64,000 nt of DNA, taken from NCBI GenBank assembly GCA_965203355.1, contig OZ241889.1, positions 1,856,001 through 1,920,000 on the forward strand, read 5' to 3'. Under the pieces are notes generated by a model. It saw only the letters and a program-made list of their open reading frames with translations. It did not search any database and was not told where the DNA came from. Positions 9,059 through 17,048 of the stretch are shown piece by piece. The translations under genes were made by a program, and so were the position numbers. The first letter of the stretch is position 1; each line of letters starts with the position of its first letter. This stretch comes from Candidatus Latescibacterota bacterium. Its GTDB lineage: Bacteria; Latescibacterota; UBA2968; UBA8231.

Positions 9059-11158
9059 CTATGGTGCTTTGAGCCGGCGATAGGCTTCGTCGAGCAGGTG
9101 CTGCGCGTGGGGGAAGGGGCCGCTCGCCAGCACTTGCCTCAGTCGGTCAATAGCCGCGGTATGATTTCCATTTTCCAGTTCGATGAGCGCGAGGTTGACG
9201 TGGACGTCCGGGTTGTCTGCATCCAGTTCTAGGGCTTGAAGAAAGTGCGTTCGCGCCGCTTGGGTTCGCCCGGCGAGCAGGTGCAGGGCGCCGATAGCGT
9301 TTAGGACTTCGGGCCGTCTTGCGAGAGACAGGGCTTGGTGGTATTGGCCCAGTGCGGCATCGGCTTGCCCGGCCCGCTGGAAGGCTCTTCCCAGTTCGTA
9401 GTGTAGCCAGAAGTTCTGAGGCTGCCAAGAAAGTGCCTGTTGCAAATGGGTTGCAGCCTCGGCATGGTGCCCTTGGCGGTAGAGTAGGCGACCGTAGTAG
9501 TAGTGAACCATGCCGGACTCTGGATCGCGTTCTAGAACGTGGCGCAAATGTGCTGCGGCTTGCTGTGGTTTATTGGTCGCTAGGTAAATTCGGCCTAGAA
9601 GAACGCGCGTGTCGGTGCGCCGGGGATTTTCCGCCAGGGTCTGAAGGGCCTCGCGTTCGCTTGCCCCATAGTGCTCTTGGTGGAAATACGCCACGGCTAG
9701 ATTGTGCCGGGCGTAATTATACTCTGGGTCCAATTCCAGGGCCCGGCGCGAGTAACGCGCAGACAGGGCGTAGTCTTGTTTGCGCAGGTGGACCTCGCCG
9801 AGGTCGAAGTAGAGCTGAGCGTCTTCTTCAGTCGGCGCGGCCTCGGCGAGGTTACACAGGACTAATAGGCCCCCGAGAGGAAGGGCAAGTACTGTAGTGC
9901 GGATATAGGCCCGGCGGCGCACACCTAAGTAGAGTTGAAAGGCGGCAAAAGCAGCAAAAGCGATCAACACTGGCACGACTGGCATGCGGTAGCGGGCTGC
10001 CGGAAAAAAGAGTACGATTGAAGCCGTGTACACGAGAGCGTAGAGCCGCAGCAAGGCAATCGGCGGCGTCCACTTTCCCCTCATGCTCAGCCCTAAGCCG
10101 AGCAAGCTCAGCGGGCCGATCAGGCCGAAGGGGAGCGACACGTGCCAGTCCCAGAGCAAGAGACTCAAAATTCGCGAGTGTTGGCGGGCGTAGTATATGT
10201 CTTGATTGCGCTTGGTCTCTGGGCCGCTCCAAAAGTGGAATACCTTTTTGCCGAGCAGGCCGAGATAATCGAGGGGCTGCGTGGTCATATAATCGAGAGA
10301 TTTGCCCAAGAAAAAGGCCGATTGGGCGGCTGCGGTCTTATGTCCAGAGTTTTCCGCCTCGGCGATCATGGTTTCCCACTGCATACCCGGACGCAGCGAG
10401 ACCGTGCGCTCGTAGTCTGCGTTGTTACCGATGTAGAAATTGACGCCGGCATTGGAAGAGATAAAGACGAGGTCCGATTCAATAGTCCAGTTGCGATAGG
10501 TAACGGGCAGAATAACCAAGGCTATGGGGATGATAAAAGAGAACAGGGAACGATAGGCCGATGTGCGCCGGTGCCATAGTTTCCAAGCGCAAAAGGCCGC
10601 GATAAAGAGCAAGATGTTGGGGCGAGTGAGAGCCGCAAGACCCGCGATGAGGCCGGTTAGTACCCAATAGCGTGCATGATCGCGTCTCCAGGCGATCAAC
10701 AGGCCGTATAGGAGCAGGAGATTGAGGAAGACCTCTACCGGCACGGCCAAAAGCTCACCCTCAAAGTAAAGTAGGGAACCGCATAAGGCTGTCATGACGC
10801 CGGCGATGCGGCCGACCTGCTCGCCAAAGGCGTGCCGGGCCAATGCGTACACCAATAAGCAGGAAAGAACGCCGAGGCCCACGTGTACGAGCCGGATGCC
10901 GACGAAGTAAGAAGCTGGCAGGAGCCAGCAAACGAGTGTCAGCAGGTAGATGTAGAGGGGGGATTGCCAATACGGTTCGTCCCCGCCCCAAAATGCACCG
11001 CCAGCAAGAAGGGCCTGTGCTTGTTTGAGAAAAGTCTGGGCGTCAACTATGGGCGCGTCGAAGAAGGGGCTGGCGCGATGTTCCCACAAATAGCCCAGCC
11101 GCAGTGCGAGGGCGACTAGTAGGAGCGCGATAAAAAAAAACTGGGGGCTGCGCGCCAT
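9059..11158 (-). CDS. GT-C fold glycosyltransferase family 39 (PMT/ArnT-like) with C-terminal TPRs
   Basis: About 11-12 hydrophobic segments; DA..F and P.Y.YLL loop motifs; LTRPN; RYRMPVVP; TPR tail. Confidence 0.8.
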   Translation of the reverse strand: MARSPQFFFIALLLVALALRLGYLWEHRASPFFDAPIVDAQTFLKQAQALLAGGAFWGGDEPYWQSPLYIYLLTLVCWLLPASYFVGIRLVHVGLGVLSCLLVYALARHAFGEQVGRIAGVMTALCGSLLYFEGELLAVPVEVFLNLLLLYGLLIAWRRDHARYWVLTGLIAGLAALTRPNILLFIAAFCAWKLWHRRTSAYRSLFSFIIPIALVILPVTYRNWTIESDLVFISSNAGVNFYIGNNADYERTVSLRPGMQWETMIAEAENSGHKTAAAQSAFFLGKSLDYMTTQPLDYLGLLGKKVFHFWSGPETKRNQDIYYARQHSRILSLLLWDWHVSLPFGLIGPLSLLGLGLSMRGKWTPPIALLRLYALVYTASIVLFFPAARYRMPVVPVLIAFAAFAAFQLYLGVRRRAYIRTTVLALPLGGLLVLCNLAEAAPTEEDAQLYFDLGEVHLRKQDYALSARYSRRALELDPEYNYARHNLAVAYFHQEHYGASEREALQTLAENPRRTDTRVLLGRIYLATNKPQQAAAHLRHVLERDPESGMVHYYYGRLLYRQGHHAEAATHLQQALSWQPQNFWLHYELGRAFQRAGQADAALGQYHQALSLARRPEVLNAIGALHLLAGRTQAARTHFLQALELDADNPDVHVNLALIELENGNHTAAIDRLRQVLASGPFPHAQHLLDEAYRRLKAP

Positions 11159-11196
11159 AGCGTTAGGATGATGAGGGAAAATTACGCAAGCGTTTT

Positions 11197-11244
11197 ACGA
11201 CGCGCCTTTGTCCGACTCTGAAGGAATGGGCAAAGGCGCGTCGT
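11197..11244. other. Perfect 14-bp inverted repeat (stem-loop) between the 884-aa gene and the GT39 gene
   Basis: ACGACGCGCCTTTG (11197-11210) / CAAAGGCGCGTCGT (11231-11244). No U-tract on the minus (sense) strand, so it may be an mRNA-stabilising or partial-termination hairpin. Confidence 0.65.
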
Positions 11245-11249
11245 TTTGG

Positions 11250-13904
11250 TCAATAGGCCAGCGATAAGGTTCCCGAACGCTCAGTCGAGACGTTGTCCAA
11301 GTCGATGGCGAGCCGATAGAGATAGATGCCCGGAGGGGCGACTTGACCTTGGTCATCGCGGCCATCCCACTCGACTTGGAAACTGCCCGCGGTTGAGCCG
11401 CCGGTCTGGACTTGGGCGATGAGGCGACCAGACAGGTCGTAGATTTCGAGTTGGACATCAACCTGATTGAGAACGAGAAAAAGGTCGAAGGAAAACGTGA
11501 CTTTGTCGTTAATGCCATCGCCATTGGGGGTAAAGGGATTTGGGGCGATGTGGGGAGCCCTGACGATTTGGTTGATCTCGTCGGCGACTACGAGGAGAGC
11601 ATTGGTGGCTATGTCGGGCGTGGCATCCCCATCCTCGGTCGGTTGCGGAATGAATTCGACATCGAAGCCGCCTTGGTCATTCCACACCGAGCTGGTGAAT
11701 TCTTCTGAGCCGCGAAAGAGCTTGGAACGGAAGACGATCTCGATGTTCTGGTCGAATCGGAAGTGCTCGGCACCCATCAGGGGCAGCTTAATATGCAGTT
11801 TGGACGACCCCGTGAGCGGATTTGTAACTATGCTCTGGGCAAATTGTCCTAAACTGTCAGTGCGGCCCTCTGCTGGGGCGAGACGGGTGGGATGAATATC
11901 GCTCAGAGGATCGGTCCCCGTACCAGCGGCGATTTCGGCCCAGTCTTGGCCATCGAAACGCAAGGTATCGATGCGCGTATCTGCGCTGGGAACGGCAATC
12001 TCGATCCGGTTGAAGGAGGTAGTCTCGCCGTTTTTGAAGAATGGCCGGACAAAGTAGCGGAAGGTCGTCTCCTCGCCCAAGGAGACTCGCGGGGGAAAGA
12101 TTTCGGCGACAATTCCCCCTGAGACCAGTGGCGCGTCATAGTCGAATTCGATGAAGTCCAATAGGGCCGCGCTATGCTGGGAGGAGTCAAAAAAGATGCG
12201 GAACTGGATGTAGCGAGTTCCCCCGGGCAAGGGCAGTTGGACGCCGGTGTTTTGCCATTCGGATTCGGGCAAGCTCTCGTCGATGAGGGCGTCTTCGAGC
12301 TTGAAAGGCGCCGACCAGAAGCTCCAGCCTAGGCGACCGTCGTCACCTAGGTCGACACCTAGCTCATTGTATTGAAGTTCGCGCTCGGGGACTCGGCCTT
12401 CGGGAAGCTTGATCCAGGAAAACAGATCGAGAAGATTGCCATTCTCGTCTTGGGTATCCGAAAGTCCCGGCCCCAAACGGCGGGCGTATATGTGGGTATC
12501 GAGGGTGTTGCCAACGCGGAACTGGATACGGACATCGCCATCGCGGCCGTTGCGTTTCCCACGCCAGCGCACCTTGCCCCAGTTGACTTGGTCCCCGACA
12601 ACATCGAGGGGAAACTGGTTTTCATAAGCCGTGCGCTCCGAGCCAGCGAACTGCTCTATCTCTCGGTCGTAGCGCCGAATGCGCGGAGTGGGTGTGCCCA
12701 CGTCGATGATGGCCGAGGTGTATCGCCCGTCGATGGCATAGCCGTCCCCGAAATAGCCAGCTTCGGCGGTCTCGACGTAGGTGCCTCTGGGATCGACCGA
12801 GACTACGTCGAGCCGGCCGGCGACAAAGGGCTGATCGAATTGGATATCCTTGATCACTGGGTTGAATTGACCTCGGACGGTCTGGACAAGCGTCCGGTCC
12901 GCTTGGATGGTCTCGGATCGGCTATTGATGGTGGTGTGGTCGCCGTAGCTGATGCGGTAGTTGGCGATGGTGCTGGCGGGCAAGGTCGGCCGCGGGCGAA
13001 AGACGATGCGGTTGAGATAGTAGTAGCCCATTAAGTTGATGCCGACGCCACCTCGGTTGTCGATGGCGGAGCCGTATGCCGTCTGTAGATTGCCGTCGAC
13101 AGATTTTTCTGCATCAACGCGGCCGACTACCTGTGCGGTCGCCCAGTGGTCGGCCGAAATCGGGTCGGCGATCTCACGACGAAAGCCGTATTCACTCGGC
13201 ACCACCATAAATGGACGCTGGGGATCTTTGCCGGGAATGATACCACCGAACTCACCGGCCTTGAAGCGCTGGTTGAGTAGATAGGCGAGGTTTCGCAGAC
13301 TGTCGAGACGCACCGGCCGTAGCCAAGTGGTGACATCTTGACCGTGCTCGGGTAATGGCGGGTCTTCGTCGATGAGTCCATCGCCATCGTCATCGCTTCC
13401 GTTGACAGGATCCTCGTTGAGTCGTCCGTCCCAATCGTCGTCAAAGGGAGTGTACAATCCGTCCTCATTGAGTTGACCGTCGCCGTCATTGTCGAATTGA
13501 GAATCTGGCCCGTCCTCGTCAATAAGTCCGTCGAGATCGTTATCGAAAAATTCCGGCGGGTCTTCGTCGATGAGTCCATCGCCATCGTCATCGCTTCCGT
13601 TGACAGGATCCTCATTGAGCTGACCATCTTCGTCGTTATCAACTTGCTCGTCAATGGGGTCCTCGTTGATCAGCGCATCGCCGTCATTGTCGACCAACTC
13701 GACGGGGTCTTCGTCGATGAGTCCGTCACCATCGTCATCGGCGATAAGTTCGACCGCCCAACTGCGACCAAGGTCGAGGCGACCGGTGACCGGCCGTAGA
13801 GTCCAAGGATGTACATCGTCGCCGATTCGCCACCGCTTGACTTCGGCATAGCCGTTGCAGAGTGCAAACGCGACACCGAGTACCGCTACTAATAACCTGA
13901 TCAT
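11250..13904 (-). CDS. Secreted protein with acidic DxDGDGxxxED metal-binding repeats and C-terminal CHU/FlgD-Ig (T9SS-like) domain
   Basis: Signal peptide; about 8 DxDxDGxxxED repeats; C-terminus APNPFTPNGDG...IYDLSGR...WDGRD..G...PPGIYLY. Confidence 0.8.
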   Translation of the reverse strand: MIRLLVAVLGVAFALCNGYAEVKRWRIGDDVHPWTLRPVTGRLDLGRSWAVELIADDDGDGLIDEDPVELVDNDGDALINEDPIDEQVDNDEDGQLNEDPVNGSDDDGDGLIDEDPPEFFDNDLDGLIDEDGPDSQFDNDGDGQLNEDGLYTPFDDDWDGRLNEDPVNGSDDDGDGLIDEDPPLPEHGQDVTTWLRPVRLDSLRNLAYLLNQRFKAGEFGGIIPGKDPQRPFMVVPSEYGFRREIADPISADHWATAQVVGRVDAEKSVDGNLQTAYGSAIDNRGGVGINLMGYYYLNRIVFRPRPTLPASTIANYRISYGDHTTINSRSETIQADRTLVQTVRGQFNPVIKDIQFDQPFVAGRLDVVSVDPRGTYVETAEAGYFGDGYAIDGRYTSAIIDVGTPTPRIRRYDREIEQFAGSERTAYENQFPLDVVGDQVNWGKVRWRGKRNGRDGDVRIQFRVGNTLDTHIYARRLGPGLSDTQDENGNLLDLFSWIKLPEGRVPERELQYNELGVDLGDDGRLGWSFWSAPFKLEDALIDESLPESEWQNTGVQLPLPGGTRYIQFRIFFDSSQHSAALLDFIEFDYDAPLVSGGIVAEIFPPRVSLGEETTFRYFVRPFFKNGETTSFNRIEIAVPSADTRIDTLRFDGQDWAEIAAGTGTDPLSDIHPTRLAPAEGRTDSLGQFAQSIVTNPLTGSSKLHIKLPLMGAEHFRFDQNIEIVFRSKLFRGSEEFTSSVWNDQGGFDVEFIPQPTEDGDATPDIATNALLVVADEINQIVRAPHIAPNPFTPNGDGINDKVTFSFDLFLVLNQVDVQLEIYDLSGRLIAQVQTGGSTAGSFQVEWDGRDDQGQVAPPGIYLYRLAIDLDNVSTERSGTLSLAY
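13357..13613. repeat. Identical 59-bp intragenic direct repeat (13357-13415 and 13555-13613)
   Basis: Both copies encode EDPVNGSDDDGDGLIDEDPP; the offset is 198 bp, which is in frame. Confidence 0.9.
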
Positions 13905-14038
13905 TGAATACCTCCGCGCAAGAATGTAAGCCCTTGGCTACCTACGACGAGTAGAACAAGAGTGCCGAGGGTAGTTATGCACACCAATCCAGTCCCATCG
14001 GCCGGTCTAATTACGCATTTTGGACGTTCTACTATTCT

Positions 14039-14067
14039 ATTATATAGTATAGTATTAAACATCTCAA
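14039..14067 (-). promoter_or_regulatory. Sigma70-type promoter for the leftward operon
   Basis: Minus strand reads TTGAGA-17 bp-TATAAT in the AT-rich intergenic region. Confidence 0.7.
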
Positions 14068-14261
14068 GATAGTCTAATCGGGCCGACGAGTGCTGAAAAA
14101 GAGGGGATTTTGTCGTCAATCGCTCAGATAATCACTGCGGTTGAGGTACAGATGAAGTAATTTGCAACGATTTACACGGGGTCTAAATAACCCTAACTCA
14201 CTGTTATTTATTGGACTTATCTGTCATGGATTCATTGTCTTACGGCTACCTCTAATATATC

Positions 14262-14290
14262 TTGACACGTCTTAGGCCATTGATTATCAT
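14262..14290 (+). promoter_or_regulatory. Sigma70-type promoter for the rightward operon
   Basis: TTGACA (14262-14267), 17-bp spacer, TATCAT (14285-14290). Confidence 0.7.
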
Positions 14291-14332
14291 ACAGCCTTAT
14301 ATATTGAAAGTCATCCAAAAACGAATAAAAGG

Positions 14333-15280
14333 TTGTTGGTTGAGGTGTTGGGGTCGCGTTTATTTTTTTTGACAATAGTGCTACAGATAACAGTAGGCTC
14401 GGCCAAACCGGTTTTGGGGCATTATCCCGAAGGAGTGGGCTACAGAGCCTTTCAATTTCCCGATCATTTGGTTCCCGTCATTGACGGCGATTTGAAGGAT
14501 TGGGAAGTTGTAGGCGACTCCTACGCCATATTAACGGGTCAATTTCACGACCTGATTAATCCAGAAGTTGAGGCGAGCGATTCGGATGATTTTGCTGCTC
14601 GTCTTATGGTAGGGTGGAATAAAGCGGAAAACAAGCTCTACATTGCCGCTCAGGTTCGCGATGATATCCACCAGATTGATCGTCTCGCCGGTAGTACTAC
14701 GATGCTTTTCCAAGACGACGCGATGGAATTGTTTATTGACGCGGACCACTCCGGTGGACAATTCGCTAATTTCACTGAGTTGAGCCAAGAAGAGCAACGG
14801 CGGCGCAATGGAGTTGAAGCCAACCACTTCGCTGTGGCTGGCCCGCCGCCTGACGAGGATTTTTTCGTCAATTTTTCTGCCGCTGCTTGGTACGCGCTAT
14901 CCGATGGTCCTTATACCGAGGCGGCGGTCGAGTTTATAGGTGTCTTGGGAGGAGAAGGAGTGACAAACTATGAAATCATGCTCATACCCTTTGACCGGGT
15001 CAATATTAATGCAGCCTTTCAAAGCGAAGAGCATGTCTTGCGGGAAAATGAAATCCTTGGTTTTAACATAGAGTTCAACGATTTTGACGTACATTCAGAG
15101 CTTTTTGATGCTAAGTGGTCGCTTTCGGGCCAACACAATTCGTATCGCTTTTCCGATCGCTTTGCTGACTTGATCTTGATGCCGCTAGAGGGTACATTTA
15201 CGGCCGTTGAGTCGATATCTTGGGGGCGCTTAAAAGCCTCTTTGCACACCGACCGGTACTACCGAGGAGTGTCAGAATGA
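14333..15280 (+). CDS. Secreted CBM9-like / sugar-binding-domain protein with C-terminal TAVESISWGRLK motif (start uncertain)
   Basis: PVIDGDLKDW, W....LYIAAQVRDD, DAMELFIDAD and GFNIEFNDFD are typical of the CBM9/DOMON-like fold; hydrophobic N-terminus. Confidence 0.65.
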   Translation: MLVEVLGSRLFFLTIVLQITVGSAKPVLGHYPEGVGYRAFQFPDHLVPVIDGDLKDWEVVGDSYAILTGQFHDLINPEVEASDSDDFAARLMVGWNKAENKLYIAAQVRDDIHQIDRLAGSTTMLFQDDAMELFIDADHSGGQFANFTELSQEEQRRRNGVEANHFAVAGPPPDEDFFVNFSAAAWYALSDGPYTEAAVEFIGVLGGEGVTNYEIMLIPFDRVNINAAFQSEEHVLRENEILGFNIEFNDFDVHSELFDAKWSLSGQHNSYRFSDRFADLILMPLEGTFTAVESISWGRLKASLHTDRYYRGVSE

Positions 15281-16023
15281 TGGGTTTTACGCGAGTATTA
15301 TTCTTGGCCTTGATTATCGGCTCGGGTGTGTTGGGCTGTGGATATAGCTATTACACGGGGCAGTTACAGCCCGGCCAAGATCAGGCCTCGTCTATCAGTG
15401 TGGCAGATGATGGGACGCTGACCTTTGTCCAGGATCGCTTTGAAGTGCGGCTCAAGCCTATGACTGACGAGGAGTTGAACCGCCAGTTTTTCAATAATTC
15501 CCAAGCGGGTCCTAAGTCCACAAACCCCTATACCTTTGGCAATACGGTATTTTGGGGGACCGACGAAGAAAAACAGCGCTTCACTGTCTTCCGCCTCGGC
15601 GTTAAGAATTACGCTTATCCTAAAGTCAAGATTGATCCGAGCAAAATCGTTGTCAAAGCGAGCAATAAGCGCGAGTATTGGAGCCTTAACTTTGCGCAAC
15701 TCGACACGTATTATCGCGCCTATGCCATAGGCTATAGAGGCAACGAATATGCTCGCTATCAGGAGCGTCGCGACTTGCTGCGGCGGACGATGCTCAAAGA
15801 CGAGGAAATCTTCAGCGGCCAAGAGTCGGAAGGCTTTGTTATTTTTCCCGTGCTCCACCCCGACGTGAGTGATATCGAAGTCCAAGTGCTCGATGTAGTC
15901 CTGAGATTTGACTTTCGCAATGAGCCGGTGGAGACCACCAATATTTCCTATAAATTCATCCGAGATATAGGTAAGATCTACAAGGACGGTACAGTCGTTC
16001 CTAAAGTCGCTAAGGCAAACTAG
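15277..16023 (+). CDS. Hypothetical lipoprotein
   Basis: ATGA overlap with the upstream stop, GAGGAG RBS, signal peptide ending VLGC. Confidence 0.7.
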   Translation: MMGFTRVLFLALIIGSGVLGCGYSYYTGQLQPGQDQASSISVADDGTLTFVQDRFEVRLKPMTDEELNRQFFNNSQAGPKSTNPYTFGNTVFWGTDEEKQRFTVFRLGVKNYAYPKVKIDPSKIVVKASNKREYWSLNFAQLDTYYRAYAIGYRGNEYARYQERRDLLRRTMLKDEEIFSGQESEGFVIFPVLHPDVSDIEVQVLDVVLRFDFRNEPVETTNISYKFIRDIGKIYKDGTVVPKVAKAN

Positions 16024-16057
16024 CCTTTAAGCGAGACTACCAAGGAGGAGTTGCATT

Positions 16058-16996
16058 ATGAAATCTCTGAAAATGCTTAGTGTTTTAGTCGGCGTGCTGT
16101 TCGTCGCCCAATCAAGCGAGGGGGTTGTCAACATTCAGAATATAGGCTCTGGTGCCCGTGCTCAGGGGTTGGGCAACAGCTTTGTGGCGGTGGCCGACAA
16201 CGCCGATGCGGTGTTCGCCAATCCGGCGGGGTTGGGTCAAGTTTCCCAGCGTCAGGTGGCCTACACCAATGTGTCGCTTTTGTATGCTGGCATTGAAGGG
16301 GACGATCTGGGTCAGCACGTGGTGTCCTATGCTCAGCCGTTGGGTGATCGGTTGGGCTTGGGCTTGGGCTATGAGCGGATTGGCTCGTCGCTGATGAGCG
16401 AGAATGGGGCGTTTGTCTCGCTGTCGTATCAGGTGGCGCGTCGGCTGCAGGTAGGTTTTTCGGCCAAGTATCTGTTTTGGAGTGTAGGGTCGATTCCCGA
16501 CGATCCGGTGAATGGACCGGATCCGGTGTCGAACAAGGTGGCGGGCAACGTTGGGGTTGATTTGGGCTTGCTGTGGCAGAGTCCGGTGTCGGGGGCGCAG
16601 GTGGGGGTGTTGTTGAAGAATATCAATCAGCCGAATGTGGCCTATGGGGAGGTGGCTGGCGATGCGGATGCGGGTGGGTTGCCGATGGATGTGCATGTGG
16701 GTGTGGGGTATCGTCTGAGCGGTGAGTCGTTGGTTTCGGTTGAGTATGTTCGTCGCGATTTGACGGGTGCTGGTTCGTCGGATGGGTTGGTGGTTGGTGG
16801 GGAGACGGAGTTGGTAGAGGGCTTGTTGTTGCGCGGCGGGGGTCGTCGTATGTTGTCGGAGGACGCTGGGGCAGGGTTGAATGCGGGGTTGGGGTATCAG
16901 TGGAACCAGTTGGTGTTTGATTATGCCTATGACATTGGTTTGGATTTGACGGAGACCAATGGCGCCCATCGCTTCTCATTCGCATACGAATTCTAA
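16058..16996 (+). CDS. PorV/PorQ-like (FadL-superfamily, UPF0164-like) outer-membrane beta-barrel
   Basis: Signal peptide; GARAQGLGNSFVAVADNADAVFANPAGL signature; amphipathic strands; FDYAY...HRFSFAYEF with terminal Phe; AGGAGG RBS. Confidence 0.8.
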   Translation: MKSLKMLSVLVGVLFVAQSSEGVVNIQNIGSGARAQGLGNSFVAVADNADAVFANPAGLGQVSQRQVAYTNVSLLYAGIEGDDLGQHVVSYAQPLGDRLGLGLGYERIGSSLMSENGAFVSLSYQVARRLQVGFSAKYLFWSVGSIPDDPVNGPDPVSNKVAGNVGVDLGLLWQSPVSGAQVGVLLKNINQPNVAYGEVAGDADAGGLPMDVHVGVGYRLSGESLVSVEYVRRDLTGAGSSDGLVVGGETELVEGLLLRGGGRRMLSEDAGAGLNAGLGYQWNQLVFDYAYDIGLDLTETNGAHRFSFAYEF

Positions 16997-17048
16997 AAAA
17001 CTTGATAAACTCCAAACGAGAAACCTAGGGTAACAAGGAGATACACAA

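Noticed and set aside
11197-11244. Calling the hairpin an intrinsic terminator of the minus-strand gene
   Set aside because: It is followed by AAAA rather than a U-tract on the transcribed strand.
13330-13745. Regularly spaced repeats resembling a CRISPR array or DGR template/variable pair
   Set aside because: The repeats are in frame and encode Asp-rich motifs. There are no unique spacers, cas genes or reverse transcriptase, and no adenine-specific differences.
13901-14119. 72-aa minus-strand ORF upstream of the 884-aa gene
   Set aside because: It overlaps the predicted promoter, has an atypical start and shows no protein features.
16112-16969. 285-aa antisense ORF over the PorV-like gene
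   Set aside because: His/Pro/Gln/Thr-rich shadow produced by the G+T skew; no RBS or recognisable motif.
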